In this document: in pieces, positions 33,035 to 43,836 of the stretch
Numbering within the stretch: the stretch's first letter is position 1
Layout of the letters: each line of letters begins with the position of its first letter
Source of the DNA: Plasmodiophora brassicae
Taxonomy: Eukaryota
Direction: 5' to 3'
DNA: 64,000 bases
Assembly (NCBI GenBank): GCA_036867785.1
Contig: CP145422.1
Span: forward strand, 434,001 to 498,000
Position numbers and translations under genes: made by a program
Notes under the pieces: generated by a model
The model's database searches: none
Told to the model about the DNA's origin: nothing
What the model saw: the letters and a program-made list of their open reading frames with translations, nothing else

Positions 33035-34278
33035 TCAGAAGATCGGGCTGCCGGGCGCAGTGAACTCCTCTCGATCCAGCTTCTTGAACGCGATCAGGCT
33101 GTCGAACAGCCACTTGACGTCGACGGTGCCGGTGGACGGGCCGGCACCGATGCAAACGCTGGCGTCGGCGGGCTTCTGCACGATCTGGGCACCGCACGCC
33201 AGGAACAGCTCCTGGACCGTCTGTTTCGGCGGCTCGACGTCATCGTCGACGAACACCAGCTCGCCAGCGAACATGCCACGGTGGTCGCCGTCGGCATTGG
33301 CCAGCCGTGACGCCTTCCCCGGGAGGTCGTCGAACTCGAACGACTCCGGCGGGAGCCACTTGCCCGCCTGCAGCGATTGCAGGATCCAGTCGCTGGACAG
33401 GATCCAGGCGCCCCTGGCGATGGCGTAGAACACTTTCACGGTTCGGGCCGCCTTGCCGACGACCAGATGCGTGAAATCGACGCTGTCGCATACGGCGTAC
33501 CCGGGCAGGTTCTTGGCGAGGTCCTCGGCGGCGTCCCTCACGAAATCATCGACCTGGGACAGCGCTATCGAGCACTGCTTCTTCGTTGTCGTCTTCCGCC
33601 GTGCCTCCTTCTTGCCCGATGGCTTCGCTTCGTCGTCGGACACCGCTTTGACGTACGGCGCGCGCTTGGGCTCGGGTCTCGCCGCCGCCTCGTCGTCGAC
33701 GCCCGGGCACTGGTTCTCGTCATTCGCTGCGGGTTCGGCATTGCCCTCGGCGGCAGCGCTGCCCTCTGCAGGGCGCTTGCGACTCCCGGCCTGCTTCGAC
33801 GTCGCTTTCCGCTTGCTGTCCGTTGCCGGCTTAGCAGGCGCCGCCCTCTTGTTCGTCGCGCTGGACGCCGCCGCCGTTGCATCGATTATATACTGGTCAG
33901 GGGCCACGACACACGCCTGCTGATGGCATCTAACCCCGGCGGGCGGTCAGTGCAACACCTAGCGAAACGGGACAGATGGGGTTTCGTTTACGCGAGGACC
34001 CATGCAGGCGAGACGACAGACGCGCCGGTGACTTTGGCGCGGCGCAGGACGTTCGCCGCTGTGCCATCTGTACACGACGTTGGTTAGCGCACCTGGCCCC
34101 GATCGCCGCCCCGCGCCCCGGACGTCGCACCCTGCCAGACGACGAACGACACGTTGCTGTCCATGCGCTGCACGACCTCGACGTCCTCGATCTGCTCCAG
34201 CAGGTCCTCCAGGGCGGTGCGCGACCCGGGCCCGGCGCCCTCGTCGTCCGCGACGCAGACCAGGACGCGCGTCGCCAT
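33035..34278 (-). CDS. BRCT-domain protein, microcephalin-like (N-terminal BRCT plus C-terminal tandem BRCT)
   Basis: THLVVG..RTVKVFYAIARGAWILSSDWILQSL and VKWLFDSL. The N-terminal exons give ...VVSPAWV. Confidence 0.75.
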
Positions 34279-34476
34279 GGCGTACGTCCGTACCGTTCGG
34301 GGTCGCCTCGCCAGTCGCCGCGCGCGCTACGAACTGCGCCGAGCGCTGCCGAAGCAATGCGCTGACACCTGATAACGATCTACATAGGTAGTAGCGCGTA
34401 AGTACACGTTCAGCAGGGGTGCCTCCTGCGGTGCACAGAGCAGATGCGGAGACAGGAACGCGCCGATGTGTAATTA

Positions 34477-35601
34477 TCAGAAGGCATGATGGCCCAGGCC
34501 AGGGGCCTCGTGGACGACGACGGGGTCGTGCTCGACGACGTACGGGTCGTGGAGGACCTGGACGGGCTCCTCGTCGACCACGGTCTGGTGGTGCGTTATG
34601 AACGGTTCGTGGACGTGCGTCTCGTCGTAGTGCACGATGGGGACGCTGTCGACGTGCTCGACGGTTTGGAACTCGCCCAGCCCGTGATCGAACAGGTCGT
34701 CGCCGCCCATGAAGTGCCCGTCGTACGCGAGATGCCCGTCGACCATGTCGCCATGGTTGAGGTAATCGTCGTGCAGGCCGTCGTGCAGATGGTACCCTTC
34801 GTGCATGTCCCCGTGCATATGGTGCTCATCGTGAATGCCGTCGTGCACATGCCCATCGTAGTCCCCATGCATCAGATGCCCGTCGTGGAGATCGTCATCC
34901 ATATGGTACCCGTCATGCAGGACGTGCTCGTCGTGCATATCGCCATGCATCATGTGCCCATCGTGCATATCGCCATGCATCATGTGCCCATCGTGCATAT
35001 CGCCATGCATCATGTGCCCATCGTGCATATCGCCATGCATCATGTGCCCATCGTGCATATCGCCATGCATCATGTGCCCATCGTGCATATCGCCATGCAT
35101 CATGTGCCCGTCGTGCATATCGCCATGCATCAGGTGCCCATCGTCCATATCGCCATGCATCATATGCCCATCGTGCATATCGCCGTGCATCAGATGCCCA
35201 TCGTGCATATCGCCATGCATCAGATCGCCATCGTGCATACGGTGGCCATCAATCATGCCGCCGTGCCCGAGGTGCCCGTCGTACGGGATGTGGCCATCCA
35301 CCATGTCGCCATGTACGACGCCGCCTTCGTGCATGAAAGCGTCCCCGTCGTGCAAGGCTTCTTCGTGTGCCAGTTCATGCCCGACAACGCCATGATGGCC
35401 GAGCATCCCGCCATCACCGTGCATATCATGGTGGCCATCGCCGATCACGCCGTGGTGCATATCATGCATGCCGCCAACGACAACGGGTTCGTGCACGCCA
35501 TGATCGAGGTGAAGGTCGTCCTGGAGCACATTAACAGCATGGTGCTGGCCTATCGCGCACCCAGCTAGGGCAACGGCCAGTAACGCAAGCGCACCGCTCA
35601 T
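34477..35601 (-). CDS. Secreted His/Asp/Gly/Met-rich repeat protein
   Basis: Signal peptide MSGALALLAVALAGCAIG, about 10 tandem MHDGHMMHGD repeats (30-bp units) and a Val/Glu/Pro/His-rich C-terminus. Confidence 0.85.
   Translation of the reverse strand: MSGALALLAVALAGCAIGQHHAVNVLQDDLHLDHGVHEPVVVGGMHDMHHGVIGDGHHDMHGDGGMLGHHGVVGHELAHEEALHDGDAFMHEGGVVHGDMVDGHIPYDGHLGHGGMIDGHRMHDGDLMHGDMHDGHLMHGDMHDGHMMHGDMDDGHLMHGDMHDGHMMHGDMHDGHMMHGDMHDGHMMHGDMHDGHMMHGDMHDGHMMHGDMHDGHMMHGDMHDEHVLHDGYHMDDDLHDGHLMHGDYDGHVHDGIHDEHHMHGDMHEGYHLHDGLHDDYLNHGDMVDGHLAYDGHFMGGDDLFDHGLGEFQTVEHVDSVPIVHYDETHVHEPFITHHQTVVDEEPVQVLHDPYVVEHDPVVVHEAPGLGHHAF
34925..35240. repeat. Coding 30-bp tandem repeat
   Basis: (CATGTGCCCATCGTGCATATCGCCATGCAT)n, about 10 copies. 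Confidence 0.95.
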
Positions 35602-36037
35602 CGGTGAACGCCGACTAAGGTCTCAGTAACGCGAATTCCAACACCGATATCGGTCTGGCTACTTTGACATATCCAGTGACTGGACCGGCCTTCGTGAGTC
35701 ATCATCATCCAGGTTCTGGACGTGAATCACGGTTTTGTCGACGCTGTTAACCTATGTGCCGCCGTGTGACCTCGAAGGTTGCCGGCGTACAGCTGCTACG
35801 TACCTATGTAGGTAGACCACTTTTCCAGGCGGGTATACCCCGTTGACGAAGTGATGCGGGCCGATCGTGAGGGTTTCCGCCCGCGGAGTTTGGACATCTG
35901 CGCAATCCCCGTGAGCCGTGCGTGGCCTGCTGCCGCCTGCCGCGCGCCTGAGCCGAACACGACTTCTGCGGCGGGTCGGCGCGTGTAGCTCAGTTGTCAT
36001 TTTGGGTCGTTGCCCGTGTCGGCTGCAGCAGTAGGGG

Positions 36038-36881
36038 ATGGGGTTGCCAGCACGGACGTCGGCGGCGACGGCGGCGGCGGCGGACGGCGCCGGGGCGTCG
36101 ACGCCGATCCGCATCCAGATCGGGCATCAGGAGGTTGCCCGGATCGTTGAGGAGATCGACAACATCTACGCCATGGCGCATTCGGAATGGCTCTGCGCCA
36201 GGCCGATTGCAGGGTTCCTGTGCCTTCAGCTTGGATATGTACTGGGGCACCCCCAAAGCTGTGTACAAGGTCGTTCATTTACAGTTTGTCGATGTGTAGG
36301 AGAATGTTGATGAGCTGGAAGATGCCCTGAATGCGTCGTTTGAGGATTTCATCCGCGTCCTGCCGAATCTCGAGACGGCCATGCTGATGAGCAATGACAA
36401 CAGCGGCGTCGAACAGTTGCACTTCCGTGTTGTTCCCGAACCGCCCCGCGAGCAGTGGACGCCAACGGAGATGACGTATCGGGTCGAAGAGCGCGACCAG
36501 CTGTGGAATGTATTCATGAAGTCGACCGTGGCGCGTATCGAAATTCCTGAGGTAACGCATATACGTTTACAGGTGAGATGTGGTCACGTCGTGTAATACC
36601 GCGATGAACAGATTGGTTTCGAGATTTCCGCCGATGGGCGGCGCCGCATCGACACAATCTGGAACTTCCTGGCAGCGTCCGCTTTCGACCTGGACGCGTA
36701 CATGAATGCAAACGCCGCTACCCAGACGGATGATGAAGCCGAGACGATGCGAGCGTGTGTCGCCAGCCTGGGTGCCCTGCGAGACCTGGAACGACCATGG
36801 ACGATGGTCGTTAACGACCCGAGCGGATCGTCTCGCTTTGTCGACATGACGGGCGTCACGGTCAAGAGACTGGAGCAATAG
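36038..36881 (+). CDS. ZPR1-related protein without a recognisable zinc finger (3 exons)
   Basis: The spliced product contains VFMKSTVARIEIPE-IGFEI and PWTMVVNDPSGSS, resembling the ZPR1 A/B domain. Confidence 0.65.
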
Positions 36882-36995
36882 ACATCGATGCCAGTGTTCC
36901 CATTGCATGTGTAACTGACTCAAGTAAGCGATTGCTGCTCGAGTCGGAGAGATTGACAGAGGCGAATAGGATTCCCGTTTACTCAGCACGACAGA

Positions 36996-37733
36996 TCACT
37001 GCGGTGGACGGAACGCGAACGGCCGCGACTCTTCCCTGATGACGGGATCGTGACGAACGACGATCGGGGCATACTCGATCTCGACCGGCTCCTGTTCCAC
37101 AACGGTCTGCCGATGCGTCACATCCGGCTGGTGAACCCGCAACTCGGCGTAGTGCTCCACCGGCGTCTCATCAACGTCGATCACAGGCGTAACGTCCATC
37201 ATCGGCTCCCCAGCTGGCGTTGAATGTGCCCAGCCTTCGCCTCCATCTTTTCTGCGGTTGGACGTGCTTGTTCGCGTGTTTGCCTTCTTCCGTCGCATTC
37301 CTTCGTCATCGGCGATCTCTGAGTCATCACCAGCGCCCCTTCGCTGTTCGACCTTTTCGCCAGCGTGTTCATGGTCAGTCGTCGGCCAGCCGTCACCGTG
37401 GCCCTGTCCGCCATCTCGTCTCGCGCCAGCATGCTTTGTCATTCGCTTGTGGCTGTCCATGTCGTCATCGTCGCCAATGAGGTTCGCCGGCAGCGGCTTC
37501 GAATGATGCGGGTGAATCATGGTGATGCCATCGTTCTCGCGGTGCGACGCCCTGTCTGCCATGTCGACGGGCCTGCTGCCTGATCGCGTGTGCCCACCGT
37601 CGTCTTCGTGGTTGTGCCCGTGGGAGTTCGCGTTCGCTGGCAACGTTCGCGAATCGCCGTGTTCATGCCCGGTGGCAATGGTGGCCATCCCGAGGGCGAG
37701 CGCAGCAGCGATCAGCAATGACGACGACGTCAT
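36996..37733 (-). CDS. Secreted hydrophilic protein, paralogous at its C-terminus to 34477-35601
   Basis: Signal peptide MTSSSLLIAAALALGMATIATG and C-terminal VEHY.E.RVHQP.VTHRQTVVEQEPV...P.VVRHDPV. Confidence 0.8.
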   Translation of the reverse strand: MTSSSLLIAAALALGMATIATGHEHGDSRTLPANANSHGHNHEDDGGHTRSGSRPVDMADRASHRENDGITMIHPHHSKPLPANLIGDDDDMDSHKRMTKHAGARRDGGQGHGDGWPTTDHEHAGEKVEQRRGAGDDSEIADDEGMRRKKANTRTSTSNRRKDGGEGWAHSTPAGEPMMDVTPVIDVDETPVEHYAELRVHQPDVTHRQTVVEQEPVEIEYAPIVVRHDPVIREESRPFAFRPPQ

Positions 37734-38227
37734 GTTGGGCAAGATCCAGGCGCACACTGCAGCAGTTGGAAATCAGCGACGAAACTCGCACTGAACGTTC
37801 GTTGAGCAACATCACGCTCAGCCGTGGCGGAAGTTGCTGACGGTGACTCACGCCAGCGCACGTGAGTCATCAGCCTGAACCATGCTTCCGCTGTGGCTTG
37901 TAACGCGCCTGGGCCGTTTCGTGTTTCTGACAGCCAACGACAGGTATCAGGCCTGTGAGCAGGAGGTGGACATGAGTCCAAGCGCCTGCAAGTCAGGACG
38001 ATGTGGGCGCTGGAAGCGTCATCGTTCGGAACCCGCGTCAGCCACGGCATCCACCACAACGACTCCAGCACCATTCACTTCGACATTGAGGGTACCCGTT
38101 CTCCGCGGGAGTTGCTTTCGATGTGGGACCGCCAGCGCGGGAACGACGACAATGCGAACATCGCGATGAAGTCGCTGACGTTTGTGACCGGTCGAGTGCA
38201 ATACGCCGCTACGACGACACGTGTCCA

Positions 38228-38300
38228 GCTCCTGTGGCCCAATGGTCAAGGCGCGTGCCTACGGAGCACGAGATTCCGAGTTCGAATCTCGGCAGGGGCT
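38228..38300 (+). tRNA. tRNA-Arg (ACG)
   Basis: Acceptor stem GCTCCTG/CAGGGGC, anticodon stem CGTGC/GCACG with loop CTACGGA, T-loop TTCGAAT, and a downstream T-run. Confidence 0.95.
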
Positions 38301-38401
38301 GTCCTTTGTTTTGCTGCGTCACGACGTCAGCCGTGAAGATATTCCTGTCTACCTACAACAGTCGGCGGGAACTTCACGTCGTGCAGTGTGCCGCGGGTGC
38401 G

Positions 38402-39263
38402 TCACCCGAACCAAATGTTACATTTCATGTTCTTGTTGCTCCTTGGGTCCTGCTTGCACGGCTTCTCGGCGGGCGGCACGTTCGTCCGGTCGAAGTACCT
38501 CGACATGCTGTTCGTGCAGACGTACGACGTGGAGTCGTATCCGAGAACGACGCCTCGTGGCGGCTCCTTGGCTCGCGTCACCAAACTTCCCGCGCTATGC
38601 GATCCCGCCAGCGGCGTCCCGCTGCTCGTGTCTTGGTCGCGTTGGCGATTCGATCCGCGATTGAAGAACGCCCGCGCCCCAAACTCTTGTCGCGCTGTCC
38701 AGAATCTATTCAGGGTACGAGTGCGGCATTCGGTGACCCGTCTGACCTTCTGTGAACGCCGACGCTGCGTTGGACGAGCTTGTGTACTTGGTGCGTTCAT
38801 CGCCCAGGACGATCGCCTGCCCCTTCTGCGGCATGTGCCCTGCATGGGTGGACCCGCCGTCGGTCCGCTTCGTGAGGAACACGCTGGGCGTCGCATTGCT
38901 GGTCGTTGTGAAATCCGGTTTCTCCTGCCACGGCAGGTGGGATTGCTGCAGGGCCTCCCTGCTCTTCTTTGCCGCCAGAGCCCCGCTGTCACCTTGGCCC
39001 TGCTGCGCCGTCAGCATGGCGCTTGCCGCAACGAACGGGCGATGGTGAGGGGACGCAATCGAATCCGCCGAGTAATCCGTCTTCGGCTCGGCGCCTAACC
39101 GCACTTGCGACACCGCCGAGCTGTGGCACGCCGCGACCCGATGGTCACCTTTCGACAGCGGCGTGAAGCTCGACCTGGAGTTCGTCGTGTACGCGCGGGG
39201 CGCATACCCGAAACAGATGCTCGTCTTATTGGCGTCGGCCTTCTGCGCGCCCGGTGGCGACAT
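38402..39263 (-). CDS. Repeat protein resembling axonemal microtubule inner proteins (TEX45/SAXO-like); boundaries uncertain
   Basis: Recurring [IV]x[LF]G-x5-Y motifs: SICFG..YTTNS, VRLG..DYSA, IVLG..YTSS, VVLG..YVCT and NIWFG. Confidence 0.5.
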
Positions 39264-39481
39264 GTCGCCGCCCCTAGAGCACCTTTTAACGCCGTACACT
39301 ACCCCATGATCCCGCCAAATATCGCTCGTACCTTGCCCGATCCACTCGCAGTTAAACGCTATTGGCAAACCGCGACCCCCTGCCCCTGAGTCGTGTTTCC
39401 AGACAGGTTGCTGACCGCATCAACGTGCTGCGGCTAATGTCGGTGTTCTATTACGCTAGGTACGACGTTCGACGTGGTGGC

Positions 39482-42400
39482 CTACCGGCCATGGTGCAGG
39501 TTCCGGAACGATTTCCGGAGGTCGTGGAGGCGTTCCAGGGAGCCGCGCCGCCGACGCTGCTGCTCGCGTTGTTCGTCCTCGCGCATGGCGCTCCACGTGG
39601 ACGACCTGCTGGACATTGCGCCATCGTCGGCCGTGATGCCGGTTGCGGCGCGTCGGTGCGAGTGGGCGCCGCCGATCGCCGAGGCGTCCGCGTCGAGCTG
39701 CGCGGCGATCTGGACGGCTTCGGCGAGCGGCGACGGCGACCCTTGCTCCGCCTCGTGCGCGTCCGTCTGTCGCCTGGCGTCGTCCGGCAGGAGCATCTGC
39801 GGGTTCGGCGACGGATGGCGGACCGGCGCCCGCAGCGGGATCGGCGCCCCTCTCCAGTCCATCAGCGAGCTCAGTGCCGTCGCGCGTGCCCGGTCTCTCG
39901 ACATAGCCAGCCGGTCCGACAGGTCGGCCAGGTGGACGGCATCGTCGACGGAGAGAGCGGCGGCGGTCGCAGGCGGTGCATGTGGGCCAGCAGCGTCTGC
40001 CGCCGTCTCCTCCTGCATCAGCGCTGGTGCGCGAACCTTCGCCAGGGTCTCCGCATGCGACAAACTTGCCGCTGGCCGATGATGATGATGATGATAAGGT
40101 GTGGCAGGTGCAGGTGATGTCGCTGCCGCGGCCAGCTCTGCTGCCTGGCGGGTGACGCGGTGCTCGAGGTACGCGATCCGGGCACGCAACCCTTCGTTCT
40201 CGCCAGCCAGTGCCTGGATCTGCGCCATGGGCTTCACGAGGATCTCGTCCCGCGTCCTGGTGAGGTCGGCGACAACGGCGGCGAGGCGCTTCTTCTCGGC
40301 CTCGCTCGCTTTCAGGATCGCCGTCATCTGCTCCACGTCGTTATGACGCGCCTGCTCGACCTTGTCGACTCGCGTCTCCATCTCCTCCTCGAACGCAGCG
40401 ATCCGCATCGCCTGCTGCTGCACGACCGACCGCATCTCTGTGAACGCTTTCGCCGTCATCTCCGCCATTTGAAGGTCGACCTCGGACCCGCGAGCCTTCG
40501 GGATCGAGGTTGCACGAGCCGACCCTGCCGACATCGACGAACGGGACGCCATTCTTGTCAGCGGCGCTGGAGAGTCTGCCGCCGGCATCGGTTCCCGAGG
40601 GGTCAACTCCCCAGCCACGTCATCGTCGTCATCGGCTTCCTGATCATCCTCCAACGTCGCCGGTCGAGTGATCTCTGGCGGGAGACACGTTGAGAGGTTG
40701 ACGTGGGGCATGGACCGGGACCGCTTTAGGTCGGCCATGACGCGCTGGCGCTGGCGGTCGTTGTGTCTGGCGTCGAACCTGTGCAGGCGATCGTAGTCAA
40801 AGCTTCGTCGGCGCTCCCCGCGTCCTGGTGAACGGCTTCGAGTTGCGAGCTCGTGCTGGGCGGCGCGTTCGAACTGGATGGCGCGGTGCAGGTCCTCCAG
40901 TTGACGAACGCGGGTGTCGACCTCGTCAGATAAAGCCTGGATATGGTCGCGCTGCCGCTCGATACGACCCTGGGCGGACTGGACCTGCGCCTGGAACGCG
41001 TGGACCAGGTCGGTCTCGATCTCCAGGCGCCTTTTCAGGTCCGCTTCGACGGCCTTCAACGAGTCGGTCTCTTCGTTGCTCTTGTCGAGACGTAGACGCG
41101 ATGCATCAAGCGCCGCTGTAGCATTCGACAGTGAGCAATACAACTGTGCAACGCGCGAGCTCTTTACCGTTTAGGCCAAGAATCTGCTCCATGGAACGTG
41201 CCAGGGACAGGTTCAAGGCGGATATCTCGTCAGCCCGTTCGGCCACTTGCCGTTGCAGGTCCTGCTTTTGCAGATTGATCTCGTGGATACGCGCGTCCTT
41301 CGCCTTGCGCGTGTTCTGCAACGACGTCAGCAGCTCGTCGACCTGTTGATGCGACTTGGCAAGGTCCATCTTCAGCTCGGCGACCTTCATGCGCTCGCGC
41401 GTCAGCTCCTGCCGATCGGCCTGGTGCTCGACGTGAGCGGTCTGCATCTGTGCTTTCAGGTCCCTCAGTGCCGTCTGCTGCTGCTCCATCGCCGCCTGGG
41501 TCTCCTTGCGCTCCATTCCCAGCGCATCCCGATCACGAACAACCACGCCCATATCCTGTTCAAGGACGCTGATCGTGTCTTTGGCGACGGCTAGCTCTCG
41601 ACAGACCTCGCTCGCGTGCTTGTCTTGCTCCCGAATCTTCGTCTGGCAGCCACCGATGACTGTCTGTGCTTCAGCGAGTTTCAGGAGGTACTCGTCGCGT
41701 TCTTTGCATCGAGCGGTGGTCTCGTTCGTTTGTTGAATCAAACGGTCTTGCAGGTCGGCGAACTGTGCGCATCGGGCGTCCAGCGCTTTCTGAAGCTGCT
41801 CCATGGCCGTTGTCGTCGCCCGGTGCCCCGTCTGTTCCTTGTCCAGATCAGTCTGCAGGCGTGCCCGCGCCTCGTTCAGCGACGAGATGACAACCAGCTG
41901 GTTCTGTAACCTCAGGCTCATGTCGTGGTACTTATCGCGCGATTCGCTCTGTGCTTTCAACAGGTCGGCGACTTGCGCCTCTGCTTTGGCAAGGCGTGAT
42001 GTCAGTGACTTGTTATCCGTATTCATCGCCAGCATCCGCATCGTCAAAGTGGACGCCTCACTTGCGAGCGCCCGCATCTGGGCGTCGACTTTACGAATGT
42101 GGGCACCTTGCTGAAACAGATGGCACCGCATCGCCGTGTTCTTCATTCGTAGGGCCTGCGCCTCATCATATACGAAGTTGTACCGCATAAGATCGGCGTC
42201 CTTTGCGTTCGCCAGGGCGTCGACCTTCCTGTGCAACGAATCGATCGTGTCGGCCTGGTCGCGTGTGATGCCCTGCACGCGTTCGAGGGCTTCGCTCAGG
42301 TTCCTCTGGTCCAGTGTGAACTGGTGCATGGCCCGGCCGTATACGAGGAACCTCTCGTTGCATCGGGTCACGAGATCAAATACTTGACGCTCCGTGTCCC

Positions 42401-42806
42401 GTTGCACTGATCAAATCGTGAAATTAGATCGCGTTCAGGCAAAGGAGGTTTTGTGCTGTGTACCGAGACTAAGCGCCATGCCGTACATGTCGTTGCTTGC
42501 TGATTCGAGTAGGCCCAGGTAAGCGCGCCACAACGCGCTGATGATCGACGGTCCCGACAACGAATGCTTCATGACGTCGTGGAAGACCTCGTGAGCGCCG
42601 ACCGAGTACGTGTATAGGCTAGCGATGCGGTTAGACCCTGAGGAGAGCGATGTGAATCCAGCGATCTGACGCGCGGTAGAGGCGATCGATCTGATCGTGT
42701 TCAAGGCCTTCTTCCATGAGCTGTTCCCGGGATACACCAAGTGCGATCAACGTTTTCTTCGGTCCGTTCACGTAACTGGCGGCGGGGTCCTGTCCGGGCG
42801 GTCCAT
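39482..42806 (-). CDS. Large coiled-coil protein of unknown function (multi-exon)
   Basis: The heptad-rich ORFs 41106-42407 and 39482-41143 are joined by short introns. The 5' end is uncertain. Confidence 0.7.
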
Positions 42807-43836
42807 CTAGGAGGCGAAGTTGAAATTCATGCTGTCAGGTGGCGTGCAAATACGGACTGTGCAACAAGGTCGCCATGACGCGCTGCACACAGGCGGCATT
42901 GCCCTTCGCCAGGCGCTCGTTGACCCAGCACTCCAGGACGCGAGCCTGCTGGGCGTTCCACCGGCTGGAGCTCGGCACCTGGTTCCCTTGGTAGCGATCG
43001 GACACCCCCGTCGGCAAGTCAGTCCCTGGCGGACGAGCCCGAAGCTCATTGGGCCGGCAGGTCTGTTCACGGGCAACCCGATCATGAGTTATGGATACAG
43101 CGCGTGGCATGAGGATCCTATACCTGGCTATGGGAGAGCCCCCTACCATGATGGGAATGCTGTTTCGCGGCTTTGGCGAGGTCTAAACGAGCGACAGACG
43201 GTGTGTTGCGCAGAGTCGTGGAGGATGACACTAAAGATTTCCAGTTGTCAGAAGTGTGCTCGTGGACGTTAGCGCTTGCTGGAGTACCAAATCCAGTCTC
43301 CAAAGGGTATGCACTCTGGTTGCGGCTCGCCGATCCGGCCAGCGTTTGCGCCCGAGCAGACTGCCTTGCCGCGCGCCCGCCATGCCCGTCCATGCATGCC
43401 AGTGGCCGATATCTGCAAGATTCGTCGCCGCCGACCAGTACACAGCGAATCTAGATTCCCGCCCGCCATTCATATCCTGACTGCCGCCATCGGACCCCCC
43501 CCCCCTGACGACCCTCCGCGTCACATCATCCGACACGCCCAAACACGTCTGAATTCGTGTGCAGCTCGCGCGAGTCGTGACGCCCACCGTTCAAAACGAC
43601 AAGTCACTTCAACGGCAAATATGAATATAACTTTCGAAGTTTGGCGCAAGTCGGCGCGAAAAATGATGCAGCAGGCGAGTGTCAGCGCCGCAGGTCAAGC
43701 GGGCGGAAAGTGCGAGAGGAGGCAGTGCCCCCCGAGTCCCGACGACGAGCCCGCGCCCGCCGCACTGTCCGCCGGCGGCAGACTGCGTTCTGCTTCGAAC
43801 AGATTTGTGGGGACTGACCCGGCGGTGGCGGTGGCG

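Noticed and set aside
34486-35568. 360-aa Val/His-rich ORF on the plus strand
   Set aside because: It is the antisense shadow of the repeat gene. The minus frame has the signal peptide and a paralogue.
42820-43830. Several ORFs of 90-150 aa between the two coiled-coil genes
   Set aside because: No homology cues. A gene cannot be supported, though unrecognised exons may be present.
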